Positions 1-10,130 of a stretch of DNA of 64,000 nt are shown here, piece after piece. The DNA comes from Elusimicrobiota bacterium (GTDB lineage: Bacteria; Elusimicrobiota; Elusimicrobia; UBA1565; UBA9628): assembly GCA_027319565.1 (NCBI GenBank), contig DAHVNA010000003.1:1-64000 (forward strand). Direction: 5' to 3'. Each line of letters starts with the position of its first letter. Position 1 is the stretch's first letter. The translations under genes were made by a program, and so were the position numbers. The notes beneath the pieces are model-generated. The model was not told the DNA's origin, did not search any database, and saw only the letters and a program-made list of their open reading frames with translations.

Positions 1-633
1 GGGCGCTGCGAAAACTGTTCCGGCGACGGCGCTCTTCAAATTTCAATGCAATTTCTGCCGGATGTCTATGTCCCTTGCGATGAATGCCGGGGAGCGCGTT
101 TTAACGAGGAAACCCTCTCTATCCGCTATAAAGGCAAAAACATCGCCGAGGTCTTGGCGATGAGTGTCGAGGAAGCGCGAATATTCTTTGAAAACCATCC
201 CATGATTTCCAGAATTCTTAAGACGATTGAGGATGTGGGCTTAGGCTACATCACCTTGGGACAAGCCGCCACCACCTTGTCCGGCGGAGAAGCCCAGCGC
301 GTCAAACTCGCCTCGGAATTGGGAAGGCGAGACACCGGAAAAACGCTTTATATTTTGGACGAGCCTACGACAGGGCTGCATTTCGCGGACGTCGATAAGC
401 TGATCGGAGTTCTCCACCGGCTTGTTGACCATGGGAACACCGTTTTGGTTATCGAACACAATCTCGATGTCGTTCGCAATTCCGACTGGATTATCGATTT
501 GGGTCCGGAAGGCGGAGCGGGAGGCGGACGTCTTATTGCCAGCGGAAGCCCCAAAGAAATTATTAAAAACCCAAACTCCCACACCGGGCGCTATCTTGAA
601 ATTACTCCGGCAACCTGTTACACTAATAATTGA
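1..633 (+). CDS. uvrA: Excinuclease ABC subunit A, C-terminal part (5' end outside window)
   Basis: Frame open from base 1 ([10 protein letters not shown]...CDECRG zinc finger); [12 protein letters not shown] signature, Walker [30 protein letters not shown]. Confidence 0.97.
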   Translation, partial: GRCENCSGDGALQISMQFLPDVYVPCDECRGARFNEETLSIRYKGKNIAEVLAMSVEEARIFFENHPMISRILKTIEDVGLGYITLGQAATTLSGGEAQRVKLASELGRRDTGKTLYILDEPTTGLHFADVDKLIGVLHRLVDHGNTVLVIEHNLDVVRNSDWIIDLGPEGGAGGGRLIASGSPKEIIKNPNSHTGRYLEITPATCYTNN

Positions 634-1286
634 TGAGCGGACAAGAAGATTTAAGCGAAGAGTCCAAGGCCAATGAACTTAAAAAGAAAAATTTATTTCT
701 TCTCGTCGGCGGAATTATCCTTCTTGTTTTGCCTCTGCTAATCATTCTTTTATCCAAGCTATCGTCTCTTAGAACCGCCCAACCGTCCCAGATGAACGGT
801 AGCATGTTTTACGCGCGAACAATCAAGGTGGGACAAAAATTAACCCCGGCTCCGGCCCCAGCGCCCTCGGGCACTCCCTCGGGGCTCACCCCGCCAATCC
901 AAAGTTCTCTCGGAATGGTTATCGGATACAAAACGCCTCAAGCGCCGCCGGCGCCCAAACCCAAGATCAAAGCTCAAAAGGCGCCCAAAAAAGTTTTTAG
1001 ATCTAAATCCCTGGCGCAATTAAAAGCCCAAAAGCCCGCGCAAACAGTTCAACCAGTCTCAATTCCTCATCTCAAACCGAGTCCATTTGGAAACCCCATT
1101 TCACAGGGAGGAAGCCCGATATCGGCCCCCGGGGCCGGACAAGTTCCCAATGCCGGAAGCATCATCCAAAACGTGATGAAGGGAATGCCGCAAGGGCAAA
1201 GCGTGCCGCCCAATGTACAACAGATCATTCAGCAGGCAACCCAAGGCGGCGGCGCGCCGCCGGTCCCTCCTCCAACAGGGCAATAA
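633..1286 (+). CDS. Hypothetical single-pass membrane protein with Pro/Gln/Lys-rich low-complexity tail
   Basis: Hydrophobic segment LFLLVGGIILLVLPLLIILL then Pro-rich region; ATG overlaps uvrA stop (TGATG). Confidence 0.7.
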   Translation: MSGQEDLSEESKANELKKKNLFLLVGGIILLVLPLLIILLSKLSSLRTAQPSQMNGSMFYARTIKVGQKLTPAPAPAPSGTPSGLTPPIQSSLGMVIGYKTPQAPPAPKPKIKAQKAPKKVFRSKSLAQLKAQKPAQTVQPVSIPHLKPSPFGNPISQGGSPISAPGAGQVPNAGSIIQNVMKGMPQGQSVPPNVQQIIQQATQGGGAPPVPPPTGQ

Positions 1287-1302
1287 TAGGATTAAAGATT
1301 AT

Positions 1303-2190
1303 TTAAGCCACGACTGGCTTAAAATTCCGAGCGACGGTCGAACCAATTTCGCTCAGATTTTCAATGACGGTCGCGCCGGCGCTTTTCAAAGCCTCGATTT
1401 TAGAGGCATGGGTTCCGGCCGAGCCCTCAACGATGGCCCCGGCATGGCCCATCCGGCGTCCCGGAGGAGCGCTTTTTCCGGCGATAAAAATAAAAAGAGG
1501 CTTTTTCATCCGCGCTTTATAAAAAGCCGCCGCATCTTCTTCGGCGGACCCGCCGATCTCTCCAATCATGACGATCGCCTCGGTCTGGGGATCGCGCTCG
1601 AACAAATCTAAAATATCCACGAAACTAGACCCCGGAATCGGATCGCCTCCGATTCCGACCACCGTCGATTGTCCCAGCCCTTTTTGGCTCAATTGATGGA
1701 CAGCCTCATAAGTCAAGGTTCCCGAGCGCGAGACCAACCCAATGGGGCCTTTTTTGTGGATATATCCAGGCATGATCCCGGCCTTACATTCATCAGGAGT
1801 AATCACTCCCGGGCAATTGGGGCCAATCAACCGCGCTTGCGGAGCATGGGTTTTAAGAAATTGCTTGGCTTTCGCCATATCCAAAACGGGAATCCCTTCG
1901 GTAATGCAGATAATGAGAGAAATTCCGGCTTTTCCAGCCTCCATGACCGAATCGGCCGCTGCGGGTGCCGGGACAAAAATCAAAGATACGTTGGCCGCCG
2001 TTTTTTTAACCGCTTCTTCAACCGTGTTAAAAACCGGGCGATCCAAATGAGTCGTGCCACCCCTTCCCGGCGTCACTCCGCCGACAATTTGAGATCCGTA
2101 TTCAATGCATTTGCCCGCATGAAAAGAGCCCGCAGACCCCGTAAAACCTTGGACGATGATGCGCGAATCCTTATTTAACAAAATGCTCAT
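1303..2190 (-). CDS. sucD: Succinyl-CoA synthetase alpha subunit
   Basis: [39 protein letters not shown] phospho-His motif; start moved to 2190 (TAATG coupling with sucC stop). Confidence 0.97.
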   Translation of the reverse strand: MSILLNKDSRIIVQGFTGSAGSFHAGKCIEYGSQIVGGVTPGRGGTTHLDRPVFNTVEEAVKKTAANVSLIFVPAPAAADSVMEAGKAGISLIICITEGIPVLDMAKAKQFLKTHAPQARLIGPNCPGVITPDECKAGIMPGYIHKKGPIGLVSRSGTLTYEAVHQLSQKGLGQSTVVGIGGDPIPGSSFVDILDLFERDPQTEAIVMIGEIGGSAEEDAAAFYKARMKKPLFIFIAGKSAPPGRRMGHAGAIVEGSAGTHASKIEALKSAGATVIENLSEIGSTVARNFKPVVA

Positions 2191-3356
2191 TAGATTTTTC
2201 CTCCCGTGGCGGCGACGCTTTTTTGCGCGGCCTCCCACAAACTGGAAGCCGTAATCAGGCGCGTTCCCGATCGGTCCAAGATTTCCCGTCCTTTTTCGGA
2301 ATTGGTTCCTTCCAAGCGAACCACCAGCGGAACTTGCAGCTTCATTTTTTTCAACACGGCTAAAATGCCTTCGGCGATCATGTCGCAACGGACAATGCCC
2401 CCGAAAATATTGACCAGAATCGTCTTGACCTTTGGATCTTTGAGGATAATTTTAAAAGCCCGTTCGACCCGCTCTTGATTAGCGGCGCCGCCGACATCCA
2501 AGAAATTAGCCGGGCTGCCGCCCGCCAGGGCGATGGTATCCATGGTTCCCATCGCCAAACCGGCGCCGTTGACCATGCATCCAATGTTTCCGTCAAGCCC
2601 CACATAGGAGATATCATGTTTTTTGGCTTCTCTTTCCGCGGGAGAAGCCTCGATGTCGACGCGTTTAGAGAAATCCGTATGGCGAAATAGCGCGTTGTCA
2701 TCAGTGACGATTTTCGCATCCAAGGCCACAAAGCCCTTAGGGGTCAAGACCAGAGGGTTCACTTCAAGCAGACTCATGTCTTTGTCGATAAAAAGTTTGA
2801 CAAGAGTCGTCGCGACCTGGGAAAAAGACGCGATATGCCCGGCGGGCACGCCCAATTCAAAAGCGAGAGCGCGCGCCGCGAAAGGAAGAAGGCCAAAAAC
2901 CGGGTCAAGCGGTTTTTTAATGATTTGTTCCGGATGCTCGGCCGCCAAGGTTTCGATTTCCACTCCGCCCTGGGAAGAAGCGATTACAACAGGAGAACCG
3001 ATTTTCCTATCAATAGCAACCGAGAAATAAAACTCTTTTTCTATTTTGACGCCCTGTTCCACCAAGACCTGTTCCACCTTCAGCGTTTGACCATGGGTTT
3101 GATGGGTCGCCATCTTCATTCCAATCATCGCCTTGGCAAAGGCCCTGGCTTCGGCGGGAGTTTTGGCGAGCTTAACGCCCCCGGCTTTTCCGCGGCCTCC
3201 GGCTAAAACTTGGGCTTTTAAAACCCACGGCCCTTTCTTTAACCGCTTTAAAATAGAGTTGATTTGAGCCGGCTTATCGATCACCCCGCCAAACTCGGGA
3301 AGCGGCACCTTCAGAGACCTAAAAATTTCTTTTCCTTCGTATTCCAATAATTTCAT
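2190..3356 (-). CDS. sucC: Succinyl-CoA synthetase beta subunit
   Basis: [43 protein letters not shown]. Confidence 0.97.
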   Translation of the reverse strand: MKLLEYEGKEIFRSLKVPLPEFGGVIDKPAQINSILKRLKKGPWVLKAQVLAGGRGKAGGVKLAKTPAEARAFAKAMIGMKMATHQTHGQTLKVEQVLVEQGVKIEKEFYFSVAIDRKIGSPVVIASSQGGVEIETLAAEHPEQIIKKPLDPVFGLLPFAARALAFELGVPAGHIASFSQVATTLVKLFIDKDMSLLEVNPLVLTPKGFVALDAKIVTDDNALFRHTDFSKRVDIEASPAEREAKKHDISYVGLDGNIGCMVNGAGLAMGTMDTIALAGGSPANFLDVGGAANQERVERAFKIILKDPKVKTILVNIFGGIVRCDMIAEGILAVLKKMKLQVPLVVRLEGTNSEKGREILDRSGTRLITASSLWEAAQKSVAATGGKI

Positions 3357-3375
3357 AGTTGCCTCACATGAGAAT

Positions 3376-4413
3376 TTAGGCGGCGACAGTCCAAGTCTCG
3401 GAGCCTTTCAGTAATTTTTCCAAATCCGCAGGGGAAGATTTCTTTGCCTCGGCAATCTGGGCGTCCATCAGCTCATTAAGGACCGGGCGGGAAACGCTGC
3501 GAAATACTCCCTGTGGAACGGGAAAATGGGGCCGCTCCATATGCGACAAAAGATAGGCGAGCGGAGAAGAGGTTTCATCGTGGATTAAAATATCGGCAGG
3601 CGGATGCCCGGGCTCAAACTCGATTACTTCCAAATTCCAGCCTTTGAGGCGAATGCCTTTGTTTTTATTTTTTCCAAAGACAAGCGGTTTTCCATGTTCT
3701 AAAGTCACCGTGGTCTCGCTTTGAAGGCTTTTGTCTGAAACCTCCGACCAAGCGCCGTCGTTAAAGACGATGCAGTTTTGGAAAATTTCAATTAACGCCG
3801 AACCTTTATGTTTGGCGGCTTTATCCAAAACCTGGGACAAGGCGTTTAAATCCGTATCCACGGCGCGAGCCACGAAAGTGGCCTCCGAAGCCAAGGCCAG
3901 CGCGATAGGGTTGAGAGGATAGTCGATGGAGCCGTAGGGAGTGGATTTCGTCTTTTTGCCCATTTCGGAAGTCGGAGACAATTGTCCCTTCGTCAAACCG
4001 TAAATTCTATTATTGAACAAAAGTATTTTAAGATCAGCGTTTCGTCTTAGGGCATGAATGAGATGATTGCCGCCAATAGAGAGCCCGTCGCCGTCTCCGG
4101 TGACCACCCAAACCATCAAATCCGGCCGGGCGCATTTAAGACCCGTCGCCAACGTCGGAGCGCGCCCATGAATTGAGTGGAAGCCGTAGGTGTTCATATA
4201 GTAAGGAAAGCGCGAGGAGCATCCGATGCCGGAAACAAAGACGATCTTCTCGCGCGGAATACCCAGCGTCGGCATCAATTTTTGAACCGTAGCCAAGATC
4301 GCGAAATCTCCGCAGCCGGGACACCAGCGCACCATCTGATCAGAGACAAAGTCCTTGCGGGATAAAACCGGTCCCGAGGCCGGAAGATTCTCGATTTCTT
4401 TTTCGTTTTCCAT
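3376..4413 (-). CDS. korB: 2-oxoacid:ferredoxin oxidoreductase beta subunit
   Basis: WCPGCGDF, SGIGCSSR, GDGDGLSIGGNH TPP-binding motif. Confidence 0.92.
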   Translation of the reverse strand: MENEKEIENLPASGPVLSRKDFVSDQMVRWCPGCGDFAILATVQKLMPTLGIPREKIVFVSGIGCSSRFPYYMNTYGFHSIHGRAPTLATGLKCARPDLMVWVVTGDGDGLSIGGNHLIHALRRNADLKILLFNNRIYGLTKGQLSPTSEMGKKTKSTPYGSIDYPLNPIALALASEATFVARAVDTDLNALSQVLDKAAKHKGSALIEIFQNCIVFNDGAWSEVSDKSLQSETTVTLEHGKPLVFGKNKNKGIRLKGWNLEVIEFEPGHPPADILIHDETSSPLAYLLSHMERPHFPVPQGVFRSVSRPVLNELMDAQIAEAKKSSPADLEKLLKGSETWTVAA

Positions 4414-6282
4414 TTATGCCCCTCTCAAAACCGTCTCGATAAAGCTTTCAATTTCACCGATTTTAAACGGCTGGCCCTTGACCTTATTAAGCCCAATGGC
4501 GGGGATGGCGAATTTAGCGCGAATGACCTTGAGCAATTGCCCAAGATTCATCTCCGCGACCACGACCTTTTCAAAACCCGCCAATAAATCCCCCAAATCG
4601 GAAGGAAGAGGATTGAGATACCTTAGGTGAATCGCCGACACCGATTCCTTTTTACCCTGCAAATTCTTGACAGCGGCGGAAATCGCCCCAAAGGTGCTCC
4701 CCCAACCGACCACAAGGACCTTCCCTTTCTTAGCTCCCAACACCTGCATCGGAGGAATATCCTGCGTAATTTTGTTGACCTTGGCCGCGCGCAAACGAAC
4801 CATCCTCTCGTGATTTTCCGGATCATAACTGACATTTCCGGAAATCTCTTGTTTTTCAATTCCGCCAATTCGATGCTCGTAACCGGCCAGCCCCGGAGCG
4901 GCCCAGGGGCGCGCCAAGGTTTTCTCGTCTCTTAAATAAGGCTTAAATTGCGCCGGAAGAGGAAGAGTCGGCACGACGAACTTTTTAATATCGGAAACGC
5001 TGGGGATTTTCCAGGGCTCCGATCCGTTGGCCAGGTATCCATCCGTCAGGAGAAAAACCGGAGTCATATATTTGATCGCAATTCGGCAAGCCTCGATGGC
5101 GGCGTCAAAACAATCAGAAGGGGTAGAGGCCGCGATCACGGGAACCGGGCTTTCGCCGTTGCGGCCATAAAGACACTGCAAGAGATCCGCCTGCTCGGTC
5201 TTAGTCGGAAGCCCCGTCGAGGGGCCGCCGCGCTGAACGTCTAATATAATCAGCGGCAATTCCGTCATGACCGCCAAACCAATCGCCTCGGATTTAAGCG
5301 CGATTCCCGGACCGCTGGTTCCCGTCACCGCCAGATGTCCGCCGAAAGCCGCGCCGATAGCGGAACCGATGGCCGCGATTTCATCTTCCGCCTGAAAAGT
5401 CTTGACTCCAAAAGATTTGTGCTTGGACAACTCATGAAGCACATCCGAAGCCGGAGTGATCGGATAAGACCCGTACCAAAGCCCCAAACCGGAAACTTGA
5501 GAGGCGGCCACGAGCCCTAGGGCCGTCGCCTCATTTCCGGTGATATTGCGGTACAAACCCGGGTCGAGCTTCGCCTTCCGAACATGATAGTGAAATCCGA
5601 ATATCTCGGCCGTTTCCGCATAAGCATTTCCCGCGAGCAAGGCCTTTTTGTTGGCCTCAACTAAAAGCGGCGTTTTTTTAAATTTGGATTCGATCCACTT
5701 GAGCGTCCCATCCATTGGACGATCATAGAGCCAATACATCATTCCCAAAGCGAAGAAGTTTTTGCAGCGCTCGACCTGCACCTTGGTCAGAGCCAAACCG
5801 CTGAGGGCATTTCCCGTGAGACGGGACAAATCAACCTTGATCACGCGAAAATCAGACAACGAGCCGTCTTCGAGAGGATTTTTTTCGTAGCTGACCTTAT
5901 TTAAATTCTGCGGAGTAAATGAATCCACGTTGGCGATCAGAATCCCGCCTTTTTTAAGATCCTTAATATTGGCTTTGAGCGCCGCAGGGTTCATCGCCAC
6001 CAAAACGTCGGGAGCGTCTCCCGGGGTCAACACTTCACGGGAGCTGAAATGAATCTGGTATCCGGAAACTCCGGGCAAGGTCCCGACGGGAGCCCGAATT
6101 TCCGCCGGGTAGTCGGGTAATGTCGACAAATCGTTGCCCGCCAAGGCGGTTGAGGTTGTAAATTGCATCCCGGTCAATTGAATTCCGTCTCCGGAATCTC
6201 CGGAGAAGCGAATCGTCACGGATTCGAGTTCTTCCATCGGTTTTTTCGTTGAATGCGGCGCAGGCTTAGATTCAGTGTTCAT
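4414..6282 (-). CDS. korA: 2-oxoacid:ferredoxin oxidoreductase alpha subunit (gamma-alpha fusion)
   Basis: GDSGDGIQLTG, YPITPASD, QAEDEIAA, QRGGPSTGLPTK; adjacent to korB and sucCD. Confidence 0.92.
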   Translation of the reverse strand: MNTESKPAPHSTKKPMEELESVTIRFSGDSGDGIQLTGMQFTTSTALAGNDLSTLPDYPAEIRAPVGTLPGVSGYQIHFSSREVLTPGDAPDVLVAMNPAALKANIKDLKKGGILIANVDSFTPQNLNKVSYEKNPLEDGSLSDFRVIKVDLSRLTGNALSGLALTKVQVERCKNFFALGMMYWLYDRPMDGTLKWIESKFKKTPLLVEANKKALLAGNAYAETAEIFGFHYHVRKAKLDPGLYRNITGNEATALGLVAASQVSGLGLWYGSYPITPASDVLHELSKHKSFGVKTFQAEDEIAAIGSAIGAAFGGHLAVTGTSGPGIALKSEAIGLAVMTELPLIILDVQRGGPSTGLPTKTEQADLLQCLYGRNGESPVPVIAASTPSDCFDAAIEACRIAIKYMTPVFLLTDGYLANGSEPWKIPSVSDIKKFVVPTLPLPAQFKPYLRDEKTLARPWAAPGLAGYEHRIGGIEKQEISGNVSYDPENHERMVRLRAAKVNKITQDIPPMQVLGAKKGKVLVVGWGSTFGAISAAVKNLQGKKESVSAIHLRYLNPLPSDLGDLLAGFEKVVVAEMNLGQLLKVIRAKFAIPAIGLNKVKGQPFKIGEIESFIETVLRGA

Positions 6283-6602
6283 TTCAAGGCTCCGTGAAAC
6301 GACAATAAAGATCGGGAGAACGCGACCATCAAGGTTTTAATCTTTGAGGACATCTGTGTTTCTCTTTACCCATACTATAACTCTTTTTTGAGCTTTTTTA
6401 AATCGCGCGCGAGCCATGACACGATTGTCGGCCCAACTACCGATGTTCCTATTGCTATCTACTTTTCAAAATGTTGCGCTTTCCTATTGAATTTTTCCCA
6501 TGAAATTTCGGAGTATTTATCCGAGATTTCATGGGAAAATTTATCCATGGTCCCGCTATTTTCTTCGAAGCGGACAATTCAAGCGTTCAAACAGGCGATG
6601 GG

Positions 6603-7065
6603 ATGATCAAAAGAAACTCCGCGATCAAAGAGCTGTCGCGCCGGCTGAAATTCTATCCAACGGTTGGGCTTCTGGGGCCAAGGCAATCAGGGAAAACGAC
6701 CCTGGCGGGGCAACTCGCGACATCTTGGGGAAAGAGCGTCACGCGCTTTGACCTTGAGAATGAACGCGACCTGGAAAGGCTTCGCCTTAGAGCAAATTTT
6801 AAACCTTCTTAAGGATTTTGACGCCTATTTTTGGGCGACTCATCAAGGAGCCGAGTTGGATCTTCTGGCCGTTCGAGGCGAGAAGCGGGAGGGTTTCGAG
6901 TTTAAATACACCCGCTCCCCGGGTCTAAGCCCCTCCATGAAAATAGCGCTTAAGGATTTAAAACTCGAAAGGCTTTGGGTCATCCACGCCGGGACCGAGA
7001 GTTACAGCCTCAGCCGGGGAATTCAAGCCGTCCCGCTCAATCAATTCATCCAAGCGCCGAGATAG
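6603..7065 (+). pseudogene. AAA_14/DUF4143-type ATPase with large internal deletion and frameshift
   Basis: One frame gives the N-terminus with Walker A GPRQSGKTT; another frame gives the C-terminus (WKGFALEQI...YFWATHQGAELDLL...GFEFK); the middle is missing. Confidence 0.8.
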
Positions 7066-7147
7066 CTTTGCGAGCGAAGGGGGCCGGAATCGCTCAAGCT
7101 GTAAACCGCGTTTTTCTGAGCTTTCGCCCATTGGAAGACTCTGTATT

Positions 7148-7474
7148 TCACCCCGGCGGCTCGTTCAAAAGGAGCCAATATAACCCGATTTGCCGCGCAG
7201 CCTCGGGGAACTGCGAAAATTCCACCGGCTTTCGGATATAGCTATTGGCGCCGTTGCCGTAACCAGCGATCAAATCCTGCTCTTCCTTGGACGAAGTCAA
7301 TATGATGACGGGGAGAAGCTTCGTCCTCTCCTCGGCGCGCAGGCGCTTAAGGACCTCGATTCCGCCGAGTTTCGGGAAATTAAGATCCAAAAGCGCGATC
7401 GAAATGCCTCCGGCGCTGGGCATAACCTCCTCCGCTAACAGCGCTATTGTGACTCCAATTCCATCTTTCGTCAA
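7148..7474 (-). pseudogene. N-terminally truncated single-domain response regulator (Rcp1-like)
   Basis: LLDLNFPKLGGIEVL, PVIILTSS, GANSYIRKP, YWL present; N-terminal acidic-pocket strand (ILLVEDD type) absent. Confidence 0.7.
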
Positions 7475-7479
7475 GACCC

Positions 7480-7522
7480 AAAAAGGACCTGCCCAGGACG
7501 TGATGGGGCGCCCTGGGCAGGT
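7480..7522 (-). terminator. Probable intrinsic terminator
   Basis: Stem ACCTGCCCAGG/CCTGGGCAGGT followed on the minus strand by a T-run, just after the 7533 stop. Confidence 0.6.
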
Positions 7523-7532
7523 GGAGATAAGG

Positions 7533-8153
7533 TTATTGAATGAGCGAAGACTTAGAGGTAATCTTAGAGCCCATCTGACTTGCGATTTTTTTGGCTTGGG
7601 AAAGAATAGAAGCCTTGGTCTGCCCCGGCTTGGGTTTAAATTCCAAACCTAAGGAGCCAACCAGCTGGCCATGGATATCGCGGAGAGGAAGAGAAACCGC
7701 ATAGCGCGCACCCTCTTTTTCAATCGAGGTTTTTCCGGTTTTCATCGGCGCAATGGCGTCTCTTTCGCACTTTTCCCCGATATCTTTTTTATCGGTTGAA
7801 GCGACGGTGACGCAACCCTTCGCTTTTTTCGCGGAAAGTCCGATTTCAGCGATATCCGGATATTGCGAATGAATCTTATTGACGAGCTGCTGCGCCATTC
7901 CCTTAACTTGAGGAGCGGGTTTAGCAACCGCGACCTTGGCCGCCGGGGCCGGAACCGGAGCGGGCATCGCGTGCGGCATGGCACTCGGAGCGGCAGAACT
8001 GGGCGTTTGCCCTGGAACTGGCGGATTCATGGACTGGGCTTGCTGTCCGGGTTGCGAATTTTGCGCATTCATCCCCGGCCCGCCTTGAGCCCAGACAGCG
8101 CCAGAACCGACAGCCAACAGAAGCACAGACAACGGCAAGACTATTTTATTCAT
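7533..8153 (-). CDS. Secreted protein, Pro/Ala-rich linker plus a stand-alone PDC/Cache-like domain
   Basis: Signal peptide MNKIVLPLSVLLLAVGSGAVWA; AGGAG SD; VSLPLRDIHGQLVGSLGL strand pattern typical of PDC folds. Confidence 0.6.
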   Translation of the reverse strand: MNKIVLPLSVLLLAVGSGAVWAQGGPGMNAQNSQPGQQAQSMNPPVPGQTPSSAAPSAMPHAMPAPVPAPAAKVAVAKPAPQVKGMAQQLVNKIHSQYPDIAEIGLSAKKAKGCVTVASTDKKDIGEKCERDAIAPMKTGKTSIEKEGARYAVSLPLRDIHGQLVGSLGLEFKPKPGQTKASILSQAKKIASQMGSKITSKSSLIQ

Positions 8154-8248
8154 CGTGAAAGGTCTCCTTAAATAACACATCTACGCTCGCGGCGCCACAA
8201 AAGCCCCGCGATTATATTACGCGCGAATTTCAAATAAGTTCGCGCAAC

Positions 8249-8277
8249 TTGACTTTGTAACCTATCCACGCTAAACT
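8249..8277 (+). promoter_or_regulatory. sigma70-type promoter for the thrS operon
   Basis: TTGACT-N17-TAAACT, 35 nt upstream of the thrS ATG. Confidence 0.65.
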
Positions 8278-8312
8278 AAAGAGTCAAAATTTTAAACGAG
8301 CAAATATTATCC

Positions 8313-10130
8313 ATGATCAAAGAAAAATCCCAGAAACCAGCGGAAGGTTCCGCACCGGAGACTCATTCACAAGAATTTCTCGACGCCCTTAGGCACTCCT
8401 GCGCACATGTCATGGCACAGGCTGTTCAAGAGCTTTTTCCCGGAACCAAAATCTCAATTGGTCCGGCGATAGAGAACGGTTTTTATTACGACTTCGACAG
8501 CCCCCACAGGTTCACGGAGGAAGATTTTCCCAAAATTGAAAAACGAATGCAGGAAATCGCCCAAGGAAATCATCCTTTTAAAGGAGAGGAAATTTCTTTT
8601 GAAGAAGCGAAAAAATTCTGGGAAGAGAGAGGAGAAAAATATAAAGTTGAAATCCTCGAAGGCCTTCAGGGACAAAAGATTACCCACTACCATCACGACT
8701 CCTATACCGATCTTTGCCGCGGCGGGCATCTGGAAAGCACGAAACTTCTCAGGCATTTTAAGCTCTTGAGCGTCGCCGGAGCTTATTGGCGTGGCGACGA
8801 AAAAAACGCGATGCTCCAGCGCATTTATGGAACGGCTTGGGCCACGAAAGAAGATCTGGAAAAACATTTAAAGATGCTGGAAGAAGCCAAGGCCCGGGAT
8901 CACAGAAAACTCGGAACGGAGTTGCGCCTATTTTCCATTTCCGACAAAATCGGCCCGGGGTTGCCTCTCTGGCTTCCCAAAGGCGCGACGATCCGCTCCC
9001 TCATCGAACGATACATTGTCGATCTTGAGCGCTCCCTCGGATATCAGCATGTTTATAGTCCCGCGCTAGCGCGGGTTGAACTCTACAAACAATCCGGCCA
9101 TTGGGACCATTTTAAGGAAAATATGTACCCGGCCATGCAGTTTGAAAACAAAGAAGAGCTCGTTTTGCGGCCGATGAATTGCCCGCACCACATCATGATC
9201 TATAAAAACGATCTACACAGCTACCGCGATCTGCCGCTCCGCATCGCGGAATTGGGAACGATGTATCGCTACGAGCGCTCCGGGGTACTGTCGGGGCTTT
9301 CCCGTGTTCGAGCCATGACCCTAAACGACGCCCACATTTTTTGTCTCCCGGACCAAATCCGAAACGAAGCGACAGGGGTCCTTCGCCTCATAGAACGCGT
9401 CTACAAAGATTTTGGATTTAAGGATTATTGGTTTCGCTTGTCTTTGCGCGACCCGGCCGACAAAATCAAATATGTGGATAATCCAGCCATGTGGGACAAA
9501 GCCGAGCGCTTATTAAAAGAAGCCTTGTCCGAAGTGGGAGTTTCTTTTAAAGAAGCCGCCGGAGAAGCGGCCTATTACGGCCCTAAGATCGATGTTCAGC
9601 TCCATGACGCGCTCGGCCACAGCGAAACTCTTTCGACTCTTCAGCTTGATTTCTATCTCCCGGAGCGTTTCGATCTCGAATATGTTAACAAAGACGGCGC
9701 CCGAGAGCGTCCAGTGATGATTCACCGGGGGATTGTCAGCACAATGGAGCGCATGACGGCTTTTCTGATCGAACACTACGCCGGCAATTTTCCCCTGTGG
9801 CTGTCTCCGATCCAGGTTAAAATTCTAACCTTAACCAACGCCGAAGAAGGCCCCGCGCGGACATTAGAAGAACATCTCTTGGCGGCCGGACTGCGCGTTT
9901 CTTTAGACTTAAGAGCGGAAAAGATCAGCGCAAAAATTCGCGACGCCCAATTGGAAAAAATCCCCTATATGATCATTTTAGGCCCCAAAGACGTCGCGGC
10001 TAAAACCCTGTCTGTCCGCTTAAGAGACGGGCGGCAAGCCCACGGGGTTTCCGAAGAAAAATTGATTCAAGAGTTAATCCGGGAGAACATAAGCAAAACC
10101 CTTTCCCCTACCTGGCTGGAGCCAAAATGA
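8313..10130 (+). CDS. thrS: Threonine--tRNA ligase
   Basis: RHSCAH and DLCRGGH editing motifs, RDHRKLG, PMNCPHH, YRYE, YGPKID. Confidence 0.98.
   Translation: MIKEKSQKPAEGSAPETHSQEFLDALRHSCAHVMAQAVQELFPGTKISIGPAIENGFYYDFDSPHRFTEEDFPKIEKRMQEIAQGNHPFKGEEISFEEAKKFWEERGEKYKVEILEGLQGQKITHYHHDSYTDLCRGGHLESTKLLRHFKLLSVAGAYWRGDEKNAMLQRIYGTAWATKEDLEKHLKMLEEAKARDHRKLGTELRLFSISDKIGPGLPLWLPKGATIRSLIERYIVDLERSLGYQHVYSPALARVELYKQSGHWDHFKENMYPAMQFENKEELVLRPMNCPHHIMIYKNDLHSYRDLPLRIAELGTMYRYERSGVLSGLSRVRAMTLNDAHIFCLPDQIRNEATGVLRLIERVYKDFGFKDYWFRLSLRDPADKIKYVDNPAMWDKAERLLKEALSEVGVSFKEAAGEAAYYGPKIDVQLHDALGHSETLSTLQLDFYLPERFDLEYVNKDGARERPVMIHRGIVSTMERMTAFLIEHYAGNFPLWLSPIQVKILTLTNAEEGPARTLEEHLLAAGLRVSLDLRAEKISAKIRDAQLEKIPYMIILGPKDVAAKTLSVRLRDGRQAHGVSEEKLIQELIRENISKTLSPTWLEPK

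Noticed and set aside
2191..2388. Long N-terminal extension of sucD in the ORF track
   Set aside because: It lies inside sucC; the SucD-like sequence begins at ATG 2190, coupled to the sucC stop
6464..6477. TGTTGC upstream of the broken ATPase as a fifth sigma54 promoter
   Set aside because: TT instead of GG at the -24 position
6770..6782. Programmed frameshift restoring the AAA ATPase
   Set aside because: Joining the frames gives only about 150 aa without Walker B or the central region, so a deletion fits better
8278..8312. T-box or attenuator before thrS
   Set aside because: Only about 35 nt between the promoter and ATG, with no terminator hairpin
8313..8400. ThrS lacking the N-terminal TGS domain
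   Set aside because: Short ThrRS forms are widespread; editing and catalytic motifs are intact
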